This document shows positions 10,669-22,404 of a DNA stretch of 64,000 bases, piece after piece. Source of the DNA: Haliotis cracherodii (taxonomy: Eukaryota); contig NW_027266341.1 of the NCBI RefSeq assembly GCF_022045235.1, forward strand, positions 21,638,001 to 21,702,000, written 5' to 3'. The translations under genes were made by a program, and so were the position numbers. Numbering within the stretch: the first letter of the stretch is position 1; every line of letters starts with the position of its first letter. Under the pieces are notes generated by a model. The model searched no databases, was not told the DNA's origin, and worked only from the letters and a program-made list of their open reading frames with translations.

Positions 10669-11688
10669 TCCTATTTTGTAAGGTTTCCATGAAAATTTGA
10701 TCTGACAGATGGCATCACATCATTATTGCACATCATGTCCATGACTGTCCCTTAACATCCATAGCTAACAGACAGATGGACATTTACAAACATTACTCCC
10801 CGACCTCTGCTCTCCAGACAAGCTGAGTAAAAATATATGTCAGCGGAGTACAAAAGATCAGTGGCGGTGTCAATATCCGGCTGAAATTTGCTCAACATGT
10901 ACATTCGATTTTCTGTCTGACTTGACTGGTTCTTCTGACATTTGTCAAAGGTCGTAAACGATCTCTATATCCCATCATGCTTCATTGTTCACTGGGGCAG
11001 TGTTTGGCAATTTGGACAAAGAATGGTAAAGGCGCCATGGATGCTGTTTCCTTGGCTGTAGTGTTTGTGGAATGGTAGGCTAACCCTTCTGCTGGCAGAC
11101 TGGAGAATGTCTTGTACATCTCGTGATGGATGGCGGGGGCTAGGTCCTAGGGTTTTTTATCTTGATTACAAGTTTGAATGTTTTGAATTTACAGCTTTTT
11201 TTGGTGAATAAAACAGAAATAGATGTGACGGGTGTGTAATATATGACAGAGGGATCTGTAAAATATCATAAACGTTTGATTGTCAAGGATTTGTGAGAGG
11301 ACAGTACAGTTAAATTGTGATCAGTTCTTGCTGTTTTGGGTGTAGATTAAAATAAACTCCATGGTTTTGATTGATATGTATATATATAATTCTTATAACT
11401 TAACTTATTATTGTAACTTCTACCTCTGTTATATATCTGCCATAAATCCTGTATTTTATGACTATTCACATTCAATCATAGCATCTGTATATTGAAATAC
11501 AGGAACATCTAATAAAAAAACTTTCAAGAAGATTTCTTTGAGGTTCAATACGCCTATTTATCAGAAAAAAATTATTATCTTTTTATCACATGGAATGCAT
11601 GACCATGCATGCTCATAAACTTGTTGCAGGAAAAAAAAGATGAAAAATATATTTCTACATTGAAATATTAGCATCCGCATATCAGATA

Positions 11689-11900
11689 AACAGGACTGCA
11701 TTGCAGCAGAAATACCTTAACAGGGCTCAGCATCCGGCAACCGTAATTGGGGTTGGAACCTTCAGTTGTGTAAGGCCAGGGATTTTTCAAGGATTCTAAA
11801 CCAAGGGCCCCTGGCTGGCAAATTGGACAAAAGATATCATCATTTTGTTCAAAATTGTTTTTGAGGTATTGCAAGCCTCATTCTCTTTATTGGTCCTGTT
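11689..11900 (+). ncRNA. Candidate multi-branch structured RNA domain (unknown family)
   Basis: Stems 11689-98/11891-900 (10 bp), 11711-20/11861-70 (10 bp), 11733-38/11752-57, 11774-81/11809-16, 11823-32/11843-52 (10 bp). Confidence 0.55.
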
Positions 11901-12086
11901 ATTAGTGATGTGCAAGCTACCTCTTTTTAACTAACTAAAAGATAACTAAAAGTAAGCTAACTTTTTTAACATTAATTTGGATGATAATGGGTTAGTCTGT
12001 TTATGACTTACAGCAGGACAGGTAAAGTTTAAACATAACCTTGAGATGTATCCATTTTCAAGTTTGCTGTTAGTCAGACACACAAG

Positions 12087-12352
12087 ACCTGTGAAGTTCA
12101 GGTCAGAATAGGTCTTCAGCAACCCATGCTTGCCTTAAAACACATGCTTGTTGTAAGGTGACTAACGGGATCGGTTGGTCAGGCTCGCTGACTTGGTTGA
12201 TGCATGTCATTGAATCCCAATTGCATGGATCAATGCTCATGATCTCAATCACTGGATTGTCTGGTCAAGACTCTATTATTTACAGGCCACCATCATATAG
12301 CTGGAATACTGCTTAGTGTGGCGTTTAACAACAACACACAAACAAACAAACA
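12087..12352 (+). mobile_element. SINE family A
   Basis: Full-length match to 4068-4333. Confidence 0.9.
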
Positions 12353-12543
12353 CACTATCTGATACTGGAGTTTCATTACAAATGAAAACAAAGTTTGGGG
12401 AATAATTGAGATCCACTGCCTAGTATTGGGCTATGGTACAGTATTATCACACCACTAGAATCACCATCAATTTAGCTGTACTTAGATGTCAGAAAGAAGC
12501 ATGTAGATAACACCATATCTTGAGATGGGTCATTGTTTACAGA

Positions 12544-12810
12544 CTCGTGAAGATCCGGGGTAGAATAGGTCTCTTCAGCAACCCATGCTTGTTGTAAAAG
12601 GTGACTATGCTTGTCATAGGAGGTGACTAATGGGATAGGGTGGTCAGGCTCGCTGACTTGCATGGTTGATGCATGTCATCGATCCCAATTGTGTGGATCG
12701 ATGCTCATGATATTAATCACTGGATTTCCGGTCCAGACTCCATTATTTACAGACTGCTGTCATTTTGCTGGAATATTGCTGAGTGCGGTGTTAAACATCA
12801 AACCACACTA
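12544..12810 (+). mobile_element. SINE family A
   Basis: Full-length match to 4068-4333. Confidence 0.9.
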
Positions 12811-13734
12811 ATCCAAACGTTGTTTACATATCTCCTGGAGGGCATGGCACTGGTGTAGTCAAAACAAGCGTTACTGCGGGACTGAAGTTATCAACATGCA
12901 TCACACAACTAACATACCAAGAACATGTAGCCTTTGATAACACTAGGTCATCTGAGAGTAACCCTCAAAATAGCTAGAGCATGCATCACAGAGTAACAAA
13001 CTAGCTTTAATTAAACCATTATGGTCACATCATGTTATAGTTATTGCAGTTGATTCGGAGCCAGGAATTTACTGGCCTTTCTGAGCATGTATTTTAACAA
13101 GCAAAACTGAAGCAACTATAGGTCATGTTGGAATCCGGAAAGAACCTGTCTGTTTTGGAGAAAGTATCTATTGTGAAAAAAGGTTCAAGTGTTTTTAACT
13201 TACAGTTTTAAAATAGCAGTTGATCTTTCAAAAACAATTTTAAATAATTTTTTTGTTTCATACCCAGTAGTTTTTGTTAATTTTTTTTATCAAAATATCT
13301 GTTGAAAAAAAAGTGACATAGCCTACATCATACATTTACATAGAAATCTGTGATGTCATGGCAGGAATTGATTTGTACGAGATGAGAAATATCTTTTTTT
13401 CCAACTGTCTCAAGTGCCTATTTTGATAAGGAAGTAACATGGCCGCTATTTCTAGATATTGAGCTGGTTTGCAGTAATAATGTTACAGAGAGTTACAACA
13501 TGCATGTAGTTTCTTCTGTAGATAAGCTCGTCTTTTCCTCAGAGGCCTTGTAGCATCAATAATCTATCAAGTGTCCAGGGTTATGTAATGTGGGGCATTT
13601 TGTCGAATGATATTGAGGTCTGTTCATGTAGACTTCATAGATCAGAAGATAATTATCAAACAGCTGAATTTGGGATTTAATCTTTCTTTTCCCATCCTTC
13701 ATTCTTTCACACTTCCTACTTCCGACACCCCACT

Positions 13735-16700
13735 TAAACCTTCCATCACCCCACTTCCTCTTCCATCACCCCACTTCCACCTTCCATCACTCCACTTCCA
13801 CCTCCCATCACCCCACTTCCTCCTTCCATCACCTCACTTCCACCTTCCATCACCCCACTTCCTCCTTCCATCACCTCACTTCCACCTTCCATCACCCCAC
13901 TTCCACCTCCCATCACCCCACTTCCACCTCCCATCACCCCACTTCCTCCTTCCATCACCTCACTTCCACCTTCCATCACCTCACTTCCACCTTCCATCAC
14001 CCCACTTCCTCCTTCCATCACCCCACTTCCACCTTCCATCACCCCACTTCCACCTCCCATCACCCCACTTCCTCCTTCCATCACCCCACTTCCTCCTTCC
14101 ATCACCCCACTTCCTCCTTCCATCACCTCACTTCCTCCTTCCATCACTCCACTTCCTCCTTCCATCACCACACTTCCACCTTCCATCACCCCACTTCCAC
14201 CTCCCATCACCCCACTTCCTCCTTCCATCACCCCACTTCCACCTTCCATCACCCCACTTCCTCCTTCCATCACCTCACTTCCACCTTCCATCACCCCACT
14301 TCCTCCTTCCATCACCCCACTAACTCCTTCCATCACCCCACTTCCTCCTTCCATCACCACACTTCCACCTTCCATCACCTCACTTCCACCTCCCATCACC
14401 CCACTTCCTCCTCCCATCATCCCACTTCCTCCTTCCATCACCCCACTAACTCCTTCCATCACCCCACTTCCTCCTTCCATCACCCCACTTCCTCCTTCCA
14501 TCACCTCACTTCCACCTCCCATCACCCCACTAACTCCTTCCATCACCCCACTTCCACCTCCCATCACCCCACTTCCTCCTTCCATCACCTCACTTCCACC
14601 TCCCATCACCCCACTTCCTCCTTCCATCACCTCACTTCCACCTTCCATCACCCCACTTCCTCCTTCCATCACCCCACTTCCTCCTCCCATCACCCCACTT
14701 CCACCTCCCATCACCCCACTTCCTCCTTCCATCACCTCACTTCCACCTTCCATCACCCCACTTCCTCCTTCCATCACCCCACTAACTCCTTCCATCACCC
14801 CACTTCCTCCTTCCATCACCCCACTTCCACCTCCCATCACCCCACTTCCTCCTTCCATCACTCCACTTCCACCTTCCATCACCCCACTTCCTCCTTCCAT
14901 CACCCCACTTCCTCCTTCCATCACTCCACTTCCTCCTTTCTAAATGACACTTCCTCCTTCCATCACCCCACTTCCTCCTTCCATCACCCCACTTCCTCCT
15001 TCCATCACCTCACTTCCACCTTCCATCACCCCACTTCCACCTTCCATCACCCCACTTCCTCCTTCCATCACCCCACTTCCTCCTTCCATCACTCCACTTC
15101 CTCCTTTCTAAATGACACTTCCTCCTTCCATCACCCCACTTCCTCCTTCCATCACCCCACTTCCTCCTTCCATCACCCCACTACCTCCTTCCATCACCCC
15201 ACTTCCTCCTTCCATCACCCCACTACCTCCTTCCATCACCCCACTTCCTCCTTCCATCACCCCACTTCCTCCTTCCATCACCCCACTACCTCCTTCCATC
15301 ACCCCACTTCCTCCTTCCATCACCCCACTACCTCCTTCCATCACCCCACTTCCTCCTTCCATCACCCAAACTTCCTCCTTCCATCACCCCACTTCCTCCT
15401 TCCATCACCCCACTTCCACCTTCCATCCAGCACTTCCACCTTCCATCACCCCACTTCCTCCTTCCATCACCCCACTTCCTCCTTCCATCATTCCACTTCC
15501 ACCTTCCATCACCCCACTTCCACCTTCCAACACCCCACTTCCTCCTTCCATCACCCCACTTCCACCTTCCATCACCCCACTTCCTCCTTCCATCACTCCA
15601 CTTCCTCCTTCCATCACTCCACTTCCTCCTTTCTAAATGACACTTCCTCCTTCCATCACTCCACTTCAACCTTCCATCCAGCACTTCCACCTTCCATCAC
15701 CCCACTTCCTCCTTCCATCACCCCATTTCCTCCTTCCATCACCCCACTTCCTCCTTCCATCACCCCATTTCCTCCTTCCATCACCCCACTTCCTCCTTCC
15801 ATCACTCCACTTCCTCCTTTCTAAATGACACTTCCTCCTTCCATCACCCCACTTCCACCTTCTATCACTCCACATCCTCCTTTCTAAATGACACTTCCTC
15901 CTTCCATCACCCCACTTCCTCCTTCCATCACCCCACTTCCTCCTTCCATCACTCCACTTCCTCCTTTCTAAATGACACTTCCTCCTTCCATCACCCCACT
16001 TCCACCTTCCATCACTCCACATCCTCCTTCCATCACTCCACATCCTCCTTCCATCACCCCACTTCCTCCTTCCATCACTCCACTTCCACCTTCCATCACC
16101 CCACTTCCACCTTCCATCACCCCACTTCCTCCTTCCATCACCCCACTTCCTCCTTCCATCACCCCACTTCCTCCTTCCATCACTCCACTTCCTCCTTCCA
16201 TCACCCCACTTCCACCTTCCATCACCTCACTTCTACCTTCCATCACCCCACTTCCTCCTTCCATCACCCCACTTCCACCTTCCATCACCCCACTTCCACC
16301 TTCCATCACCCCACTTCCTCCTTCCATCACCCCACTTCCTCCTTCCATCACCTCACTTCCACCTTCCATCACCCCACTTCCTCCTTCCATCACCCCACTA
16401 ACTCCTTCCATCACCCCACTTCCTCCTTCCATCACCCCACTACCTCCTTCCATCGCCCCACTTCCTCCTTCCATCACCTCACTTCCTCCTTCCATCACCC
16501 CACTTCCTCCTTCCATCACCCCACTTCCTCCTTCCATCACCTCACTTCCTCCTTCCATCACTCCACTTCCACCTTCCATCACCCCACTTCCTCCTTCCAT
16601 CGCCCCACTTCCACCTTCCATCGCCCCACTTCCTCCTTCCATCACCCCACTTCCTCCTTCCATCACCCCACTTCCACCTTCCATCGCCCCACTTCCTCCT

Positions 16701-18583
16701 TCCATCACCCCACTACCTCCTTCCATCACCCCACTTCCTCCTTCCATCACCCCACTTCCTCCTTCCATCACCCCACATCCTCCTTCCATCACCCCATTTC
16801 CTCCTTCCATCACCCCACTACCTCCTTCCATCACCCCACTTCCTCCTTCCATCACCCCACTACCTCCTTCCATCACCCCACTTCCTCCTTCCATCACCCC
16901 ACTTCCTCCTTCCATCACCCCACTTCCTCCTCCTTCCATCACCCCACTTCCTCCTCCTTCCATCACCCCACTTCCTCCTTCCATCACTCCACTTCCTCCT
17001 TCCATCACCCCATTTCCTCCTTCCATCACCCCACTACCTCCTTCCATCACCCCACTTCCTCCTTCCATCACCCCACTTCCTCCTTCCATCACCCCATTTC
17101 CTCCTTCCATCACTCCACTTCCTCCTTTCTAAATGACACTTCCTCCTTCCATCACCCTACTTCCTCCTTCCATCACCCCACTACCTCCTTCCATCACCCC
17201 ACTTCCTCCTTCCATCACCCCACTTCCTCCTTCCATCACCCCACTTCCACCTTCCATCACCCCACTTCCACCTTCCATCACCCCACTTCCTCCTTCCATC
17301 ACCCCACTACCTCCTTCCATCACCCCACTTCCTCCTTCCATCACCCCACTTCCACCTTCCATCCAGCACTTCCACCTTCCATCACCCCACTTCTTCCTTC
17401 CATCACCCCACTTCCTCCTTCCATCATTCCACTTCCACCTTCCATCACCCCACTTCCACCTTCCATCACCCCACTTCCTCCTTCCATCACTCCACTTCCT
17501 CCTTCCATCACTCCACTTCCTCCTTTCTAAATGACACTTCCTCCTTCCATCACCCCACTTCCTCCTTCCATCACCCCACTTCCACCTTCCATCACCCCAC
17601 TTCCTCCTTCCATCACTCCACTTCCTCCTTCCATCACTCCACTTCCTCCTTTCTAAATGACACTTCCTCCTTCCATCACTCCACTTCCACCTTCCATCCA
17701 GCACTTCCACCTTCCATCACCCCACTTCCTCCTTCCATCACCCCATTTCCTCCTTCCATCACCCCACTTCCTCCTTCCATCACCCCATTTCCTCCTTCCA
17801 TCACCCCACTTCCTCCTTCCATCACTCCACTTCCTCCTTTCTAAATGACACTTCCTCCTTCCATCACCCCACTTCCACCTTCTATCACTCCACATCCTCC
17901 TTTCTAAATGACACTTCCTCCTTCCATCACCCCACTTCCTCCTTCCATCACCCCACTTCCTCCTTCCATCACTCCACTTCCTCCTTTCTAAATGACACTT
18001 CCTCCTTCCATCACCCCACTTCCACCTTCCATCACTCCACTTCCACCTTCCATCACCCCACTTCCACCTTCCATCACCCCACTTCCTCCTTCCATCACCC
18101 CACTTCCTCCTTCCATCACCCCACTTCCTCCTTCCATCACTCCACTTCCTCCTTCCATCACCCCACTTCCTCCTTCCATCACCCCACTTCCACCTTCCAT
18201 CACCTCACTTCTACCTTCCATCACCCCACTTCCTCCTTCCATCACCCCACTTCCACCTTCCATCACCCCACTTCCACCTTCCATCACCCCACTTCCTCCT
18301 TCCATCACCCCACTTCCTCCTTCCATCACCTCACTTCCACCTTCCATCACCCCACTTCCTCCTTCCATCACCCCACTAACTCCTTCCATCACCCCACTTC
18401 CTCCTTCCATCACCCCACTTCCACCTTCCATCCAGCACTTCCACCTTCCATCACCCCACTTCCTCCTTCCATCACCCCACTTCCTCCTTCCATCACCCCA
18501 CTTCCACCTTCCATCACCCCACTTCCACCTTCCATCACCCCACTTCCTCCTTTCTAAATGACACTTCCTCCTTCCAACACCAC
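13735..18583. repeat. 4.85-kb C/T-rich 21-bp minisatellite with higher-order duplication
   Basis: Unit CCATCACCCCACTTCCTCCTT with variant units containing TTCTAAATGACA or TCCAGCAC; source of all (MEGGSGV)n/(PPSITPL)n ORFs. Confidence 0.97.
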
Positions 18584-18587
18584 ACTA

Positions 18588-18784
18588 GGGCCGGTTGGGT
18601 AGCCTAGTGGTTATAGTGTTAGCTCATCACGCCAAAGACCCGGGTTCGATTCCTGACATGGGTACTATGTGCGAAGCCCATTTCTGGTATCCCCCGTATG
18701 ATATTACTGGAATATTGTTAAAAGTGGCGTAAAACCATACTCACTCACTCACTCACTCACTCACTCACTCACTCACTCACTCAC
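18588..18784 (+). mobile_element. SINE family B with long (ACTC)n tail
   Basis: A box TAGCCTAGTGG, B box GGTTCGATTCC, family core. Confidence 0.9.
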
Positions 18785-19937
18785 CTTCGCCCTACAACCT
18801 CGCTTGAACCCTGATACCTCACCTTGACCTTCCCATCCCCTGCCACCTTCAGCTTCTAACCTCCTGGCACCTCCCCCTTTCACCACCCTACTCCTAACTC
18901 AAACCCCACCCGTCACCCTCACACCTCTGCCTTCATCTACTCACCCCCTTCCTTCCTTCCTACCCTTTCACCAACCCCACCACCAACACCCCTACCCCCA
19001 CCCCAACCCCGTTTTCCCCTTCAAAGTGGGTTTTAACAAATATAATAGAAACAACATATGCATCTATGCATCCCACTGTGGTAAGTGTGAGGTTTAGATC
19101 TCTGAACAATTTTTCATAGAATATTATGTTTTTTAGCGTCTTTATGTATTCCCCAAGTGGTGATTTCAATGTTAAAACTTGAAGTGAGCTGAATCTGTAG
19201 AGTATCACTGATGAACTCAGCCATGAGATCCCTCTCAGGGGAAAGATTTATAACAGATAAGAAACTACTGCTCATTTGCAAAGATAGATAGAAGGTCACA
19301 GGTCAGGGAAGATTCCCGAAGTTTCCCATTGTACCATTATTCAACAAGTATATCAAGCAGATGTGAGGTATTTCTATTTGTTTTCCATTTGTCCCTATAT
19401 TATTGGGCCCTGTTTGGCCAACTAGAAATAGAAACATTAAGAATCAGGAATACCTTTTGAAATATTTAACAGTAAGTGAGTGCTGGATTTTATTACCCTA
19501 ATGTTTTCCAGTTATATCATGTCAACATTTTCCATTTTGTTGAAACCTAACAAACATGGGTGTGGAGCTGACAAACCAATGATCATGATTAAGGTGAATC
19601 TAAGATTCAAACCCAGAATCACAGGATAATGGCATTTTTAAGGGACACAACTCAGCACAACAAATTTCATGGATATGGTGTATGGGCCCGCCACGACCCT
19701 GATATTGTAATGAAAGCGCTCAGTAGTCAAATAGTGTTACCTTTAGCACTGTTTCCTTTTAACACTTGCTTGTTTTTGACTTATTACAATGGTAAATACA
19801 GAAGTAAGGCCTTTGGATGCAACACACTGCGGCATGTCATGTCTATATATGTGCGGTAAATTATTTTCGTCACAGTTTATGAAGCCCATTTCTTGTGTCA
19901 CCCATCATCATATTGCTGAAATTACTGCTAAAATTGA

Positions 19938-20205
19938 CCCGTGAAGATTCCGGGGTGGAATACATCTTCAGCAACCCATTCTTGCCGTAAAAGGCGACTA
20001 TGCTTGTCGTAAAAGGCAACTAACGGGATCTGGTGGTCAGACTCGCTGACTTGGTTGATACATGTCATCGATCCCAATTGCGTGGATTGATGCTCATGAT
20101 ATCAATCACTGGATTGTCTGGTCCAGACTCGATTATTTACAGACCGCCATCATATAGCTGGAATATTGCTGAGTGCGGCGTTAAACAACAAACCAACCAA
20201 CCAAC
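19938..20205 (+). mobile_element. SINE family A, inserted in a family-B remnant
   Basis: Full-length match; family-B core precedes it (~19880) and the family-B tail follows it (~20206-20243). Confidence 0.85.
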
Positions 20206-20293
20206 TAAAAGTGAATTGAAGCCAAACTCACTCACTTACTCACATATTTGAGTTGAAACTTAAATGGCTTTGTTGAAAGGCTTTGGTTAAATG

Positions 20294-20461
20294 ACCGCCT
20301 CCATGGTCTAGTGGTAGAGCGTCTGCCCAAAGAGCGGAAGGTCTGGGGTTCGATCCCCGCATCATACCAAAAGACGTTAAAAGATGTGCATGCATGTGAC
20401 TATATATAAGTGCAATAATCTTAGATGCAAGTTCAACCCCATTCCACCTTTACCTCACCTC
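20294..20461 (+). mobile_element. Internally deleted SINE family D, 60 bp upstream of the NAXD acceptor
   Basis: tRNA head (TGGTCTAGTGG / GGTTCGATCCC), CATACCAAAAGAC core start, (CACCT)n tail. Confidence 0.85.
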
Positions 20462-20521
20462 TTGGTTAATAAAACCTTAATTTTACCAGAAAGAGTAATG
20501 AGGTTGTTTTAAATCTTTCAG

Positions 20522-20642
20522 TGTTGGTGTGTGACCTTGAAGGAAGTCCTCGGCGTTGTGGAGGTCAAGGCGACCTGCTTGCTGGTTCCATGGGCGTCTT
20601 CAATTATTGGGCCCATCAGGCTGTGAAAGCAGACAATCCCAA
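20522..20642 (+). CDS. NAXD: Internal (probably penultimate) coding exon of ATP-dependent (S)-NAD(P)H-hydrate dehydratase (NAXD/CARKD, YjeF-C family)
   Basis: Acceptor aaatctttcAG (AG 20520-20521) and donor GTAAGA (20643). 121 nt = 2+39x3+2. Translates (V)[39 protein letters not shown], matching the NAXD motif [17 protein letters not shown]...W as I recall it from the human protein. Confidence 0.95.
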
Positions 20643-20977
20643 GTAAGAATTGAATTGTTTTGATTTTAAATATTATTTTTAAAAATTAGACTTAGGTTGT
20701 ATTCTGTATTTAAATAAAAGGGCTGCCAGTGGCAGCATATGATTGAAGGGTTTGTAAAATGTCATGTTCTGTTGTGGCCATACTTTCATGGTAGTTGCTT
20801 ATGAGAGTTATGGCCCTTGTATACATGAACATGGCCGACTTTATCGTTCAAGGAGTCTTGGAATGGGACAGTTTCTAGAAGGATTGCTGTACCTATATGA
20901 GAGTGACGAGAAAGTGATTGAGCCCTTTTTTGAGCTGGCTTGCATCTACTTGCCAATGATTAGCCATGTGTTATGTA

Positions 20978-21328
20978 CAGTCAAGTCACGTTAATCCGAC
21001 ACAGTGATCAGCGTACTCCGTCGTCATCTGCCCGCGAGTACACAGCCCCGTGTTTTGATACGAGACGAGTTGGCAAGTTGCTGCATATTTCAATGGTTGC
21101 AGAGATTTTAGACGTTGCATGATTAGAAAACATATTCTGCTAACAATTTAACACAACAATATGAATATTTCCTTTTTCCTTTTTCCTTTTTTAATTACGT
21201 GTTTGCATCGTTATCTATCATGTAGTTGTCCAGTTTTCGATCATGAACGTTGATACTACCTAATTTTCTCTTGTTAATCCGACATAATCATTTGCAACCA
21301 ACAATGTCAGATTAACGGAACTTGACTG
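20978..21328. mobile_element. Tc1/mariner-type MITE
   Basis: TIRs CAGTCAAGTCACGTTAATCCGACA / TGTCAGATTAACGGAACTTGACTG; TA on the left. Confidence 0.85.
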
Positions 21329-22404
21329 AATGTTGATTGAATAGGTATGTGTAAGCACCGAATTCATGCCAGCTAGCTTCCAACACTATTCGGGATTCAG
21401 GAGACAGACCTGTTTCAAGACAATCGACAGTGACAAAGTTCTGAATATTCATGAGTTCATGCACATTAATTCTAGGGCCGGTTAGATATTGCTTCTGTCA
21501 TTTTGTTCACCAATTAGATTGCCTTGTTTATCTGTAAACCCCAAACTGTCTTGTGTGGTCATTTTACGATTTCACAAGTTTCTTCTGTATGTAACAATTT
21601 CCAATTAACGGTAACCTTAACTTTGTGTTTCACCTCATAACAGTTGGAGACAAAATATTACTTTCTCAGCCACTCCATCTAGACATTCAATGTTTTCACT
21701 GAAAAGAAGAGATGGAGAAGGTTTTTTACTTCATGTTTTTTTCACATTTTCTTCCTGGCTTATTGAACAAGAACGTCTCAAAAAAAGGAAAATAGAAGTT
21801 CTAGCCTAAGGTTACAATAAATTAACTGCTTGTTCTTTTATATTGCCTTATCTGATGGAAACATGTTTTATTGGGTATTCATTTAGTTCAGATGGAAACT
21901 GGAGTGTTTTATGATAAGGCTTATGTTGAGTAAGAAATCTGATATTGATTTTCTGATGAAGGCACCCTAAGATGTCCTCCTGGTTTGAGAAATGTATCTG
22001 TTTCATCGGGTACACTAATTCTACTTCTGAGTAGTGAGAATTCATTGTGAAAAAATACTACTTCTTGGGATTTATCTCTGATTCTAAGTGCCCTTGGCGA
22101 TGTTGGTAGGCGACGAGAGAAAATAATGTTCTTTTGTTCAAAATTGGGATTTTCTTCAAGTCCTTATTTCCTTATTTTCAGAGGTATTTCAACATTGCAT
22201 TGCAACACTGCCTTAAAAATAATAATGTACAAATTCCTCTTCTTTGGCTCTGTTATCAGTGGAATAATACCAGTAACCTCGACCAAGCCATCAATTTGTG
22301 TATATGAAACAGGAGGTTTTTAGTTCTCATTTGAATTTTTTTACTGACAATTGCAACAGGTTTGAGCCTGAATATTGGCCACTGAACCCAGATACAATAC
22401 ATGT

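Larger units (their letters stand above)
1..20521 (+). other. NAXD: NAXD intron upstream of the exon (>=20.5 kb, 5' end outside the window)
   Basis: No sequence encoding the preceding NAXD exon recognised by eye; region ends in a canonical acceptor. Confidence 0.65.

Noticed and set aside
9250-10700. Repetitive ORFs (MKEMDVLSCQNNYSN)n and (HSLISSVKYRNI)n
   Set aside because: Translations of the 45-bp and 39-bp tandem repeats.
10994-11015. miR-34-like GGCAGTGT
   Set aside because: Only the seed matches; the rest differs from mature miR-34 and the stem is too short for a pre-miRNA.
13484-13492. METTL16-type UACAGAGAA motif
   Set aside because: The sequence is TACAGAGAG and lies in a stem rather than a loop.
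13607-18561. Long ORFs (MEGGSGV)n, (PPSITPL)n, (LPSPHFH)n
   Set aside because: They are translations of a stop-poor 21-bp minisatellite, open in several frames and on both strands.
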